Source of the DNA: an uncultured delta proteobacterium
Lineage (GTDB): Bacteria > Desulfobacterota > Binatia > UBA9968
Direction of reading: 5' to 3'
Assembly: GCA_963847445.1 (NCBI GenBank)
Contig: CAWJZV010000027.1
Coordinates: 1-64,000 of the forward strand
DNA length: 64,000 nt
Shown here: positions 30,583 through 40,924 of the stretch, piece by piece
Layout of the letters: the number at the start of each line of letters is the position of its first letter
Position numbering within the stretch: position 1 is the first letter of the stretch
The notes under the pieces: generated by a model
Seen by the model: only the letters and a program-made list of their open reading frames with translations
Told to the model about the DNA's origin: nothing
Database searches by the model: none
Made by a program: the position numbers and the translations under genes

Positions 30583-31569
30583 TTACCGCTTTCCCATTTC
30601 CTTCAACGCGTCGTTGAGATAACTCATCTCGACAAACTTAGACACATCCGGCACCGGGGCTTTGGCGCCGGTCTGTTCGTAGTAGACGCGAATGTTGTGT
30701 TTCATGCCTTCCATGTTGGGTTCGCCGTCGTAGGGCCAGATGCGGTTTTGCGTATAGTACTCCCAGCCTTTCAGGGCGTGGACTGGTTTTAGCTGGATCT
30801 CCTTGGTCAAGAACTCCACCGTGGCATCTTTGTTGTTGTGCATCCAGCGCAGCGACTGCACCATGCCTTTCATGAAGCGCACCATGAGCGGGCGATTTTT
30901 CTCGGCCCAGGAACGGCGCGTGGCCAACGCCGCCGATTGAAACTGCGGTACGGCGTCGAGCAGACGGCCGATGCTATGAAATCCCAGTTCCTCGGCGGCG
31001 TAGTTGAGCGGCACGGCGACCGTCGTGGCGGAGATCTGACCGGATTGGAGCGCGGCGAGATTGCCGGATGAACCGCCGGCGACCACTAGGATCTTGTAGT
31101 CGCGGGGATATTCGAGTCCTTTCTGTTTCATTGCCTCGCGAAAGGCGGTGACGGTGCCGCCGGTCAATGAAGACGAACCCACCGTCGTGCCGCGCAAATC
31201 TTCGAAGCTTTTATATTTCTTGCCGGCGACGATGGCCGCTGTCATGCCGTTAATGACGCCGCCGGTGATGATGAAATCGAGGCCGCGGTCGCTCGACTCC
31301 ATGAACGGCTCGGGCCCGCCGGAGCCGAATTGGATAGATCCGGCGGCCAGCGCTTGCACCACCATCGGCATGCCGCGCAGCACCACCACTTGCACGTCCA
31401 ACCCTTGCTGCTCGAAGAAGCCTTTCTTCGAGCCGACCCACAGCGGACTGTAGCCGAGAGTCTTGCTCGAGGGGCCGACAAAGATTTTCGGTTTGTCCTG
31501 GGCCGGCGCGCGTTGACTGAATAGCGCAACCAACAGCACCAACAGCGCGGCGAATTTTTGCTTTGTCAT
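30583..31569 (-). CDS. ABC substrate-binding protein, NMT1/SsuA-like
   Basis: PLWVGSKKGFFEQQGL, DLRGTTVGSSSLTGG, KFVEMSYL. Confidence 0.87.
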   Translation of the reverse strand: MTKQKFAALLVLLVALFSQRAPAQDKPKIFVGPSSKTLGYSPLWVGSKKGFFEQQGLDVQVVVLRGMPMVVQALAAGSIQFGSGGPEPFMESSDRGLDFIITGGVINGMTAAIVAGKKYKSFEDLRGTTVGSSSLTGGTVTAFREAMKQKGLEYPRDYKILVVAGGSSGNLAALQSGQISATTVAVPLNYAAEELGFHSIGRLLDAVPQFQSAALATRRSWAEKNRPLMVRFMKGMVQSLRWMHNNKDATVEFLTKEIQLKPVHALKGWEYYTQNRIWPYDGEPNMEGMKHNIRVYYEQTGAKAPVPDVSKFVEMSYLNDALKEMGKR

Positions 31570-31589
31570 CGAGACCTCCCGTTGCTCGC

Positions 31590-31670
31590 AATTCCAAATT
31601 TCAGATTCCAAATTCCAGATTGCCGGACTCGGATTTCAATATGGAATCTGTAATCTGGAATTTGTAATTG
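31590..31670. repeat. Inverted pair of heptamer tandem arrays
   Basis: attccaaatttcagattccaaattccagatt ... tggaatctgtaatctggaatttgtaatt. Confidence 0.75.
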
Positions 31671-31674
31671 TTCC

Positions 31675-32680
31675 CTACTGCCACAGCTTCTTAAAAAAAC
31701 CTTCTCGCTCTAGTTCCTCGACGTAGCGATTTTCGTAGTAGGCGGTGAGCGGAGTTTTTTGCGCGAGGCTCGCGTCAATCATGCGCGCCGAGGCCAGCTG
31801 GTCGACCATGAGCCGGATGCCGTCGGCCGGAGTTTTGAAGTCCTTGAAAAAACTGTCGATGCCGAAGCGGTAGCTTTCTTCGAGCATTTTGCTGTCGGTG
31901 ACCTTGGTGTATTTGCCCAGCGACTTCATGGCGAACTCTTTGTCGTCATGGAGTCTTTTCATCGCTTCGGCGAGAGCCTTGATAAAGCGCTTGACCATGT
32001 CGGGATTCTTTTCGGCGTAGGAGCGCTTGGCGACCAAGCCGTTCTCGACGAAGCGCAGATTCATTTCTTTGAGCTCTTTCGGTCCGACGATCTCGCGGAA
32101 GCCCTTTTCTTTGAGAATAATGCTGTTGGGCGGGTTGACCATGGCGCCGTCGACGTTGCCGCTCATGACCGCGGCCATGGACTCGGGAATGCCGCCGGTT
32201 TGGATGATCGTGACATCGCCGACGCGGGCGCGGCGGAGAATCGAGTCGGCGGTCAGATGCGACACCGCGCCGATGCGGCTGACGCCGATCTTCTTGCCGC
32301 GCAGTTGTTGCAAGGTGGTGATCGACGGCTGGACGTACATCGGTGTCGTAAAGGTATGGGTGATGGCGGCGATCTGAATGACGTCGCCGCCTTGGAGCAC
32401 GTTGGTGACCACGGCCGGGCCGCCCATGCCGGCAAACTGATTGTCGCCGGCGAGGATCGACTGCACCATGATCGGCGACGCGCCTTCGAAATACATATCG
32501 ACATCGAGGCGGTTCTTCTCGAACAAGCCGGCGTCCTTGGCGATGAACCAGAGAAAGCCGCTGCCGGAGAGCGGTGCGTAGGTGAAGCGAACCTTGTCGA
32601 GTTTTTCGGCAGCGTCGGCGGTCCGTGGCGCGAACCAGACTAGCGATGCCAGTACGAGGCAGAGCGACAATGTTTCTCAT
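31675..32680 (-). CDS. ABC substrate-binding protein, NMT1/SsuA-like
   Basis: IAKDAGLFEKNRL, LRGKKIGVSRIGA, ELEREGFF. Confidence 0.87.
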
Positions 32681-32833
32681 GTTCTCCTTGTGAGCGTGTT
32701 CCGCGGTTCTCGTAGCCGGTGCTGGCCGCGCACCACTCCGCCGTTATGGTCCTCGTTCTAATGAGATTGCCCCGAGCTGTCAATCTTGATACGAGATTTT
32801 GCTAGCGGAGTCATGCACGAAAAGGAGAACGTG

Positions 32834-33861
32834 ATGAGCCGTTTTGTTCTCGTCCTGTGGGTTATCATATCGTCTTCAGCGATGGTTCATGGCCAAGTCC
32901 CCTATTATCAAGGCAAGACGGTTCGGTTGATCGTCAGCAGCACGGCGGGTAGCAACTACGACCTTTATGGCCGATTGGTGGCGCAATATATCGGCAGGCA
33001 CATTCCTGGAAAACCGGAAGTGGTCGTGCAAAACATGCCGGGCGGCGGCAATATTGTCGGCGCGAACTATATTTACGCGGTGGCCAAGCCCGACGGCTTG
33101 ACGTTCGGCACCGTCAACGCGGCGTTGTACTTCAATCAACTGGGCGGCAACAAAGATGTCCAGTTCGACTGGTCGAAATATATTTACGTCGGCAGCCCGG
33201 ATCGCTCTGAAGATTTGATGTACATGCGCGGCGACGCGCCGTTCAAGACTGTGGCTGACGTGCGCAAGGCTGTCGAAGGTCCGAAGTGCGGCTCGACTGG
33301 CACCGGCACAACCAGCCACTATCTGCCGACGCTATTGAACGACGGTATCGGCACGAAGTTCCATGTCGTCACCGGTTATCCGGGCGGACCGGAAATCGAT
33401 CTGGCGGTGGAGCGCAACGAAGTGCAGTGCCGCGCCTTCACCATCGCCGGTTGGTTCACCGGCGATCTCTACGCCAATTGGCGCAAGACCGGCTTTGCCC
33501 GTGCCGTGGTGCAGAGCCATCGCAAGCGCGATGCGCGGCTCGCCGACGTGCCGACAGTCTATGAGCTGCTCGATGAGTTCAAAGCGCCGGAGCAGATCAA
33601 GAAGCTGGCGAACTTGTTGATCGCGTCCAATTCATTCGGGCGTCCCTATGTGCTGCCGCCGGCGACGCCGCCCGAGTACGTAAAGATCCTGCGCGAATCG
33701 TTCATGCGCACGCTCAATGATCCGGAACTCTTGGCCGACGCGAAGCGGCGCCGCATCGACATCGAGTACACTTCGGGCGAGGAGCTCGATCGGCTCGCCA
33801 AGGAAGTGATTACCAAAGACACTGAAGTGATCGAACGGATGAAGAAATTGTTGGGAAGTGA
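32834..33861 (+). CDS. TctC/Bug family substrate-binding protein (true stop probably at 33859-33861, lost to a 1-bp deletion)
   Basis: YYQGKTV, QNMPGGG, AKPDGLT, GYPGGPE, FGRP; paralogs end shortly after the ERMKK/ERIKK motif. Confidence 0.87.
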
Positions 33862-33889
33862 GGCAAAGCGCGCTAGAGATGAATCTGTA

Positions 33890-34094
33890 ACAAGCAGTTT
33901 AGCGATCGCTTCCGGCCAGAGACTAAGGATCGTTCCACTTTCGATTCACGTTACGCGTTCACTCAGTGGCTCATGCTTCGACGACTTTCGGATCGACGTC
34001 AACACTGGCAATCAGACGTTCAATCAATCGTGCTCTCTCAGTTGGTGAAAGCTGCATCGCTTCGGCTGCAATCGTTTTAAATTGATGAAGACAT
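33890..34094 (-). pseudogene. Addiction-module antitoxin (TIGR02574-like) remnant
   Basis: Minus strand after RBS ggagg: FKTIAAEAMQLSPTERARLIERLIASVDVDPKVVEA*ATE..IESG..PEAIAKL; expected Trp codon is TGA, plus indels. Confidence 0.7.
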
Positions 34095-34232
34095 GCAGAC
34101 CTCCAATCCAGACAATACAGCGGGTAGACTGCCATATCGACAAATTGGCTTCAAACCCGTGATTTGGTTCGGTCGAAAAGTTTGACTTCTTACGTCGACC
34201 TGCGGTAACTCTGGGCGCGATACGGAGGAAGC

Positions 34233-35213
34233 ATGGATTACGTTCAATTCGGCTCGACGGAATTCAAGGTCTCGCGCTTGGCTTTGGGCTGCATGAGCAT
34301 GTCTGGCGCCTATGGGCCGGCGGACGATAACGAATCGATCGCGACGCTGCATAAGGCGTTCGATCTCGGCATCAACTTTCTCGATACCTCGGCAAGCTAT
34401 GGCCAGGGTCACAACCATGAGTTGATCAACAAGGCGCTGCAAGGCCGGCGCGAGCGCATCGTCATTCATTCCAAATCCGGCAGCCCGCGCGCGCCGGATG
34501 CCACGGGTAGTCGCAGCGGCAGCACGCCGGAATATTTAACCCAGAACTGCGAGCAAAGCGTCAAGCGGTTGGGGATCGACGCCCTCGATGTTTTCTGCAT
34601 GTCGCGGGTCGATCCGGATATTCCCGTCGAAGAGTCGGTGGGCGCCATGGCGAAACTGGTGGAGCGCGGCCTGACTCGCTATATCGGCCTTTCGGAAGCG
34701 AGCGCCAACTCGATCCGGCGCGCGCGCAAGGTTCATCCGATCGTTTCTTTGCAGATGGAATATTCGCTGTGGTCGCGCGATCCCGAAGGCGGCAACGTGC
34801 AGGCCTGCCGCGAATTCAACATGGGCTTCATGGCCTACTCGCCGCTCGGCCGCGGCTTTTTCGGCGGCGCCGTGCATGATGCCAAAGACATGAGCGACGG
34901 CGACGGCCGGATCAATCACCCACGTTTTCAAGGCGACAATCTGGCAAAGAATCTGGCGCTGCTGGCGCGCTTCGAAGAAATCGCCCGCGAGAAGCATTGC
35001 ACGCCGGCGCAACTGGCGCTGGCGTGGTTGATGGCTCAGGGAAGTGACGTGATTCCGATCCCCAGCAATAAGACGCGGGCGCATTTGGAAGAGAACATCA
35101 AAGCGACCGAGATCAAACTGGGGACTGAGGATTTATCCCGGCTCGACGCAATCTTTCCGCCGGGAGCGGCGGCGGGACCGCGGACCAAGGATATGCATCG
35201 GGTCAATATCTAG
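34233..35213 (+). CDS. Aldo/keto reductase
   Basis: LALGCMSMS, DTSASYG, IGLSE, QMEYSLW, AYSPLGRG, AQLALAW. Confidence 0.92.
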   Translation: MDYVQFGSTEFKVSRLALGCMSMSGAYGPADDNESIATLHKAFDLGINFLDTSASYGQGHNHELINKALQGRRERIVIHSKSGSPRAPDATGSRSGSTPEYLTQNCEQSVKRLGIDALDVFCMSRVDPDIPVEESVGAMAKLVERGLTRYIGLSEASANSIRRARKVHPIVSLQMEYSLWSRDPEGGNVQACREFNMGFMAYSPLGRGFFGGAVHDAKDMSDGDGRINHPRFQGDNLAKNLALLARFEEIAREKHCTPAQLALAWLMAQGSDVIPIPSNKTRAHLEENIKATEIKLGTEDLSRLDAIFPPGAAAGPRTKDMHRVNI

Positions 35214-35271
35214 AAGACTCGTTCAAATCGTTCCAGCAGTTCAAAACGTTCAAGTCGTCTTGGGAGGAAAT

Positions 35272-36270
35272 ATGCGAGACGTAACTATCGTTGTCGGCAC
35301 CATCGGACAGAGCATTATGCGCAGCGAAGACAATGGCCAGACTTGGGCGCGCATCGGGCCGCGGCGGGGATTTGCCTATGAGGCTTCGGTGCGCTGTATC
35401 GCCATGCACCCAAGAGATCACAAGACTCTTTTTGCCGGCACGGAGAAAGGGCTTTATCGCAGCGCCGATGGCGGCGCCAATTGGCAGTACATCGACTCGA
35501 CGCTCAATCCCCACTATGTCTGGGTGATCGGCATCGATCCGGTGAATCCGGATAACATGTTTGTCGGCACCGGCACACCGACGCCGGCGATGCTGTTTCG
35601 TTCCAAGGATGGCGGCCGCAGCTTTGACAAGCGGCCGGTGGAAGTGGCGACGGAATGCGAGGCGGTTGGCACACCGAGATTCACCGGCATCGCCGTCGAT
35701 CCGCTGGAGCCCAACCATATCTGGGCGGGCCTTGAAGTGGACGGCGCCCGTCATAGCAGCGACGGCGGCGACACCTGGAGCATCGTCGAAGTGACAGGAC
35801 GGCGCGATATTCACAACGTTGCGGTCACCGCCGGCCCGCCCAAGACGGCCTTCATCATGGCCAACCGGGAGATCTACGCGAGCACGGATAATGGCAAGAG
35901 CTGGGAACCGCGCGACATGCAAAAGTGTCTGCCGTGGGATTATCCGCGCAAAGAAAATTATCTGCGCGGCATTGCCGTCGACCCAGCCAATCCGAAGAAA
36001 ATCATGGTGAGTTTCGGCGACTTCACGCCGGGAACTTCAGGCGCGATCGCCCAAAGCGATGACTTTTGTAAGAGCTGGAAGCTCTTGCCGTTGCCGCAGG
36101 AACCCAACTCGACCATGTGGACGTTCGCGACCAACTCCGATGACCCGAAGGTCATTTTCGCCGCGAGCCGCTACGGTTATCTCTACCGCAGCGACGACGG
36201 CGGCGCGTCGTGGAGCAAGCTGCGGCGCGAGCTGAGCGAAATCGCGGCGGTGTGCTGGTTGCCGAATTAA
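35272..36270 (+). CDS. BNR/Asp-box beta-propeller protein (Ycf48/sortilin-like), no signal peptide
   Basis: Repeated SxDxGxxW boxes: SEDNGQTW, SADGGANW, SSDGGDTW, STDNGKSW, SDDGGASW. Confidence 0.85.
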   Translation: MRDVTIVVGTIGQSIMRSEDNGQTWARIGPRRGFAYEASVRCIAMHPRDHKTLFAGTEKGLYRSADGGANWQYIDSTLNPHYVWVIGIDPVNPDNMFVGTGTPTPAMLFRSKDGGRSFDKRPVEVATECEAVGTPRFTGIAVDPLEPNHIWAGLEVDGARHSSDGGDTWSIVEVTGRRDIHNVAVTAGPPKTAFIMANREIYASTDNGKSWEPRDMQKCLPWDYPRKENYLRGIAVDPANPKKIMVSFGDFTPGTSGAIAQSDDFCKSWKLLPLPQEPNSTMWTFATNSDDPKVIFAASRYGYLYRSDDGGASWSKLRRELSEIAAVCWLPN

Positions 36271-36581
36271 GCGCGGCGCTTTTGCGCCACGCGGTTCAAG
36301 GGTTCAACGTTCAAGGTTCAACGTGGGCTCCCATCACAGCCTTCCACCGGCGGACGGTGAGGCTAGAAGTCCTTCGTTGTGAATTGTTCCGTTAGATTTT
36401 GCGTCCTTTGCATTGCTATCTGTGAACATTTACGCGGCGTGCGCAATATTTCGCAGCCTGGAGCGTCTCGGATTCGGACAATCCTCGCGCCAAGGTCGCA
36501 AAGTTGGAAATCTATTTTTCTCTTCCTTCGCGCCCTTTGCGTCTTTGAGACCTTCCGAGTTTCGATTGCGACTCTGTCGCG

Positions 36582-36765
36582 CTAGTGTCCTGGTCCATAA
36601 ATACGTTTACTAAACGCTCTGTACTTCCCCCTTTGAAAAAGGGGGATCGAGGGGGATTTGAATCTATTGCGCATACGTAAATCCCCCCTTCCCCCTTTTT
36701 CAAAGGGGGGATCATTCTCGTCAATGCTTGGTCATATTCATCGAACTTCTGGGTCAGGACACTAG
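36582..36765. mobile_element. MITE (184 bp) bounded by CTAG with about 21-bp imperfect terminal inverted repeats; internal CCCCTTTGAAAAAGGGGG inverted repeat pair
   Basis: ctagtgtcctggtccataaat versus reverse complement of the right end ctagtgtcctgacccagaagt. Confidence 0.75.
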
Positions 36766-36784
36766 GTTCTTTGCGGCTAAATCT

Positions 36785-37765
36785 CTATTTGTACAATTCC
36801 TTCAGTAACCCGCTTTTTTCCAGCCGATCGAGGAATCGCAGGTCGACGAACTGTTCTGGTTTGGCGTTTTTCGCCGCGGGAACCGTTCGCGCGACATCGT
36901 CCAATGCGTTTTGCATACCCTGCATGTTGATGTAGGGAGCGCGTTCGAGGACTTTAGTCATGTAAAAGTCATAGGCGCGATTTAGTATCTCCGCGTCATT
37001 AATCATCGTGTATTTCGCCAATGTTTTGATTGTGCCGTCCCGATCGATGCGCGCGCGCTGCATGGCGCGCACGTAGGCGCGCATGAAGCGATCGATCATG
37101 TCCGGTTTTCTGCGGATCAGCTCGCCCGGCACGGCCATTGATGGATTGGGATAGGCGAGATCCAATTCCGTGATGCTGAAGACTTCCTTGAAACCCATTT
37201 TCTCGGAAAGAAACTGCGTCGGCGGCGAAACCACCGAGGCTTCGACCGCGCCTGACTTCAATGCGCCAAACATGTTCGACATGGTGCCTAACTGCATGAG
37301 GATCACGTCTTTGCTTGGATCCATGTTGACTTTTCTCAGCGCGGCGCGGGCGGCGATGTCGGCGCTCGAACCGAAACGGCTGACGGCGATCCGTTTGCCG
37401 CGCAGATCTTCGAGGTTCTTGACCTCCGGTTTGGCGTGAATCGAGAAGATCAATTTGTTGACGTTGTTGCCGATGACTTTCATATCGGCGCCGCTCAATG
37501 ACGCGGCCATCACCGGGCCGCCGCCGAGGGACGCGATGTCGACATCGCCGGCGACCAAGACCTGGGCGAGTTGAGTAGCGCTGGGAATGAAGATGATCTG
37601 ATCTTCCAGTCCCTCCTTGGCGAAGAATCCGGCGTCGCGGGCAACCCAGATTCCCGTGTAGGCCGCGCTGATCGAGCTGTAGGCGATGCGCACGCGGTCA
37701 GCGGATTGAACCGTTGAACTGAATAGCAGAACGTACAGTATGGCGATACTCGCGAGACGTTTCAT
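36785..37765 (-). CDS. ABC substrate-binding protein, NMT1/SsuA-like
   Basis: WVARDAGFFAKEGL, DLRGKRIAVSRFGSS, QFVDLRFLDRLEKSG. Confidence 0.88.
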   Translation of the reverse strand: MKRLASIAILYVLLFSSTVQSADRVRIAYSSISAAYTGIWVARDAGFFAKEGLEDQIIFIPSATQLAQVLVAGDVDIASLGGGPVMAASLSGADMKVIGNNVNKLIFSIHAKPEVKNLEDLRGKRIAVSRFGSSADIAARAALRKVNMDPSKDVILMQLGTMSNMFGALKSGAVEASVVSPPTQFLSEKMGFKEVFSITELDLAYPNPSMAVPGELIRRKPDMIDRFMRAYVRAMQRARIDRDGTIKTLAKYTMINDAEILNRAYDFYMTKVLERAPYINMQGMQNALDDVARTVPAAKNAKPEQFVDLRFLDRLEKSGLLKELYK

Positions 37766-37900
37766 TGGACTCCTCCGGCGCGCGCTGAGCTTGGGTGAAT
37801 CTACGACGGCCGGTTGGGCAAGATCAAGTATAAGATGCCATGGACCGCGACAAGAGTTCTGTGATATGGAGCGGTCATCCATGGTTTGAAATGGCCGGGT

Positions 37901-38899
37901 ATGCCGATGATGCTTGTCTCAAAATGTTTGTCCCTTGCGTTGATTTCTGCTCTGGCGGTAATGCTATTGCCGAGCGCCGGCCGGACGCAGATGAAGGCGC
38001 GGGTGGCGTGGACTTCGTTCGCCAGTAACATGAGCGGCACTTGGGTGGCGCAGGAAGAAGGGTTGTTTAAGAAGAACGGCCTTGAAGTCGAGCTGGTGCA
38101 TATCCCGTCGACCTCGCGGGCGATTCAAGTGATGCTCGCCGGCGAGTTGCATTACTCCTACATGGACGGCCGCAATTCGGTCACGGCGGCGCTCAAGGGC
38201 ACGGACGTGACGATCATCGCCGGCGTTGCCAACCGTTTGGTGTTTTCCTTCATGGCGCGCCCGGAGATCAAGAGCTTTGCTGAGATGAAAGGGCGAAAAA
38301 TCGGCATCACGCGGCTGGGCTCGTCGACCCATAGCGTGACGCTTTGGGTCATGAACAACGCCGGCATCAAGCCGGAAGAGTATCAGATGTTACAGTTGGT
38401 CGACGTGCCGAATATCTTCACCGCGATGGTCGCCGGCCAGGTCGATGCCGGCGCGCTGTCGCCGCCGACCAATTTCCGCGCCCGTAAAGCCGGCTTGAGC
38501 GAGTTGATGGACGTGACCAAGGACGGCCCCGAGTACGTATCAGTGGCTATCGGTTCGACCCGCTCGTTCATCAAGGCCAATGAAGAGATGACGCGCCGTT
38601 TCATCCGCGGCTACAGCGAAGGCGTGCAGTTTTTGAAGGCGAACAAAGCCGCCGGCATCCGCGCGATTCAAAAGTACGCGCGCATCAAAGATCCGGAGAT
38701 TCTCGAAGCGACCTACGGCGAGGCGCGCGCTTATATCGAGACGACCCCGTACGTGACGCGCAGGGGGATGGAGACGATCATCGGCGAGTTGCTGCCCACC
38801 GAGCCCAAGGCCAAGACGGCAAAGCCGGAGGATTTTCTCGACACGCGCTTTGTCGCGCAGTTGGAGAAGGAAGGGTTTTACAAAGCGGCGGCGAAGTGA
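37901..38899 (+). CDS. ABC substrate-binding protein, NMT1/SsuA-like
   Basis: WVAQEEGLFKKNGL, MKGRKIGITRLGSST, FLDTRFVAQLEKEG. Confidence 0.88.
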   Translation: MPMMLVSKCLSLALISALAVMLLPSAGRTQMKARVAWTSFASNMSGTWVAQEEGLFKKNGLEVELVHIPSTSRAIQVMLAGELHYSYMDGRNSVTAALKGTDVTIIAGVANRLVFSFMARPEIKSFAEMKGRKIGITRLGSSTHSVTLWVMNNAGIKPEEYQMLQLVDVPNIFTAMVAGQVDAGALSPPTNFRARKAGLSELMDVTKDGPEYVSVAIGSTRSFIKANEEMTRRFIRGYSEGVQFLKANKAAGIRAIQKYARIKDPEILEATYGEARAYIETTPYVTRRGMETIIGELLPTEPKAKTAKPEDFLDTRFVAQLEKEGFYKAAAK

Positions 38900-39033
38900 A
38901 GAGTTTAAGACGATCCCTCACTGGCGTTCGGGATGACGATTCCGACGCTCTATGAACTACGCTAGCTGTGTCATTTCGAGCGCAGCGAGAAATCTATCTA
39001 GGCCGAGACCCTATTCGAACAAAGGAGCGCATC

Positions 39034-39861
39034 ATGCCCAATGTAAAATTACCCACGGGTGTCGATTTCTATTATGAAAGCCACGGCCACGGAGAGCCGC
39101 TGATCTTCGTGCCGTCGACGGCTTATTCCGGCGAGGTGTGGAAGCCTTGGCAGATGCCGCTGGCGAAGTCTCTGCAATTGATTTTCCACGATCCGCGCGG
39201 CTGTGGCCGGTCGGTGCCGACGCAATCTGTTTACACCATCGAGCAAATGGCCTTGGACATCGTCGCGATGATGGATCATTTGAAAATGCCCGCGGCCCAT
39301 TTCATCGGCCACTCCATGGGCGGGCGCATCGCATTGTCGCTGGCGCAAAACTTTCCCGGCAAGGTAAAAAGTTTGATTATGGCGGCAAGCGGTTCGGGTA
39401 CCGCGGGCCGGGCCGGTTCGGATTGCGTGCCGGGTTTGCCGCACCGCTTGGTATACGACATGGTCGAGATGGGCTTCGAGAAATTCATTTACGATGAGAT
39501 CGTCGATTCGGATACATTTTTCACCAAAGATTTTCGTGACCGGCATCGCGACCAGGTCGAAGCGTTTTTCAAAGTCGCCTGGGCGACCCACGCCAAGCTC
39601 GATCCGTTCATTCATCTATGCATCGCGCGCCACAACTTCGAAGGAACCCATCGCTTGGGCGATGTCCAGGCACCGACGTTGGTGCTGATCGGCGAGGCCG
39701 ATACGGTGGGCAGCAATCATATCGCGCAAGCCAGAGTATTGTTGGAACGCATCCCCGGCGCCGAGATGAAAGTGCTCAAGGGCCAATCCCATGGTTTTTT
39801 CTGGCAGGCGCCGGAGGAGACTAATGCGGTCATTCTTGAATGGGTGAAGAAGTGGACCTAG
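39034..39861 (+). CDS. Alpha/beta hydrolase
   Basis: HDPRGCGRS, GHSMG, GEAD, SHGFF. Confidence 0.88.
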   Translation: MPNVKLPTGVDFYYESHGHGEPLIFVPSTAYSGEVWKPWQMPLAKSLQLIFHDPRGCGRSVPTQSVYTIEQMALDIVAMMDHLKMPAAHFIGHSMGGRIALSLAQNFPGKVKSLIMAASGSGTAGRAGSDCVPGLPHRLVYDMVEMGFEKFIYDEIVDSDTFFTKDFRDRHRDQVEAFFKVAWATHAKLDPFIHLCIARHNFEGTHRLGDVQAPTLVLIGEADTVGSNHIAQARVLLERIPGAEMKVLKGQSHGFFWQAPEETNAVILEWVKKWT

Positions 39862-40079
39862 TGCAGTGCCTCTTAAATGAAGGCACTTATTCATCGATCA
39901 ACCAGGCGCACAGCGGGTAGGCACCGAAGAAGAGCCGGGCGACCCATGGGAAATTGGTTTGCACCCCGAAGAACTCGAAGAGCACGAAGTTGGGAGATTT
40001 GGTCATCCCAACGCTTCGTGTCCTTGGTGGTGAGTTACTCCCCCCGATAAACTGGCAACCGCTTTAGACACTCCACTAG
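39858..40079. mobile_element. MITE-like element (222 bp) bounded by CTAG, inserted at the hydrolase stop codon
   Basis: ctagtgcagtgcct versus reverse complement of the right end ctagtggagtgtct; internal CACGAAG-family repeat. Confidence 0.6.
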
Positions 40080-40175
40080 TCAATCGGTAATTTCTTTCGT
40101 TGGGCTCTCAATGAATTCGCTGGCTCGAAATTTGACCGTCCGATATATGGATTTCTTCAGTTGAGAGCCCGATCG

Positions 40176-40924
40176 ATGCCACCGAAACATGTAAAACTAT
40201 CGATCTGCCGGGTTCGGGCAACGGCGTTTGGTCTTGGGGTTGGATTGGGCCTTTGGGGCTTTATCGGCAGCTGTTGGTGGAATCTCGTGGTCATGGGGAG
40301 GTTGTCTTGTCTTGACGCAAAACCGGATTTTTCGAGCATCTATACCGGAGCAAAACTGATGGCGAGCGGCGCATCATCCTTATACGATCTGAAGAGCCAA
40401 TTAGCCGTACAACAACCCCTTTATCTGGGGCAGGGCGATTGGGTGCTGCCTTTCATGTACCCGCCGTTTTTTGCATGGATGTTAACCCCTCTAGCTTGGT
40501 TGTCCTATCCGACGGCTTATTTCGTTATGACAGTCGTCAATTTGGTCTTGCTGGTCGGCGGCCGGACGGCCCTGGTCGAAATTCTAGGACTTCGCGCGGA
40601 TCAATCGCTACTGCTTGTACTTGTCCGTGTTATGTAACTTTGGGGTATCCTATTGTCTACTAGAGGGACAAACCTCTATCTTGGTGTTTTTCCTGTTAGT
40701 GCTCTTCGTAACTTTTACCTGGATGAACAGGATATTGCCGGCGGTCTTTGGGCGGCCTTATTATCTCTCAAACCGCAGCTGCTTCTAATGCCGGTTGTGG
40801 TTTTGATGAGACAACGACGCTGGCGGGCCGTCTTGGTATTCGCGGTGTCGATCTCAATGTTGGGTCTTTTTTCTTTCATGCTGGTCGGTGAACCGGGTGC
40901 CAAGGCTTTCTTTAAGCTTTTGGG
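40176..40924 (+). pseudogene. Glycosyltransferase family 87 (DUF2029) fragment, frameshifted and 3'-truncated
   Basis: DFSSIYTGAK, SLYD, PFMYPPFFA, and LSLKPQL...RRWR; visibly lower GC. Confidence 0.7.

Noticed and set aside
33862-34048. C-terminal extension of the TctC ORF as a novel domain
   Set aside because: It arises from a likely 1-bp loss at the stop and is the antisense of the antitoxin relic
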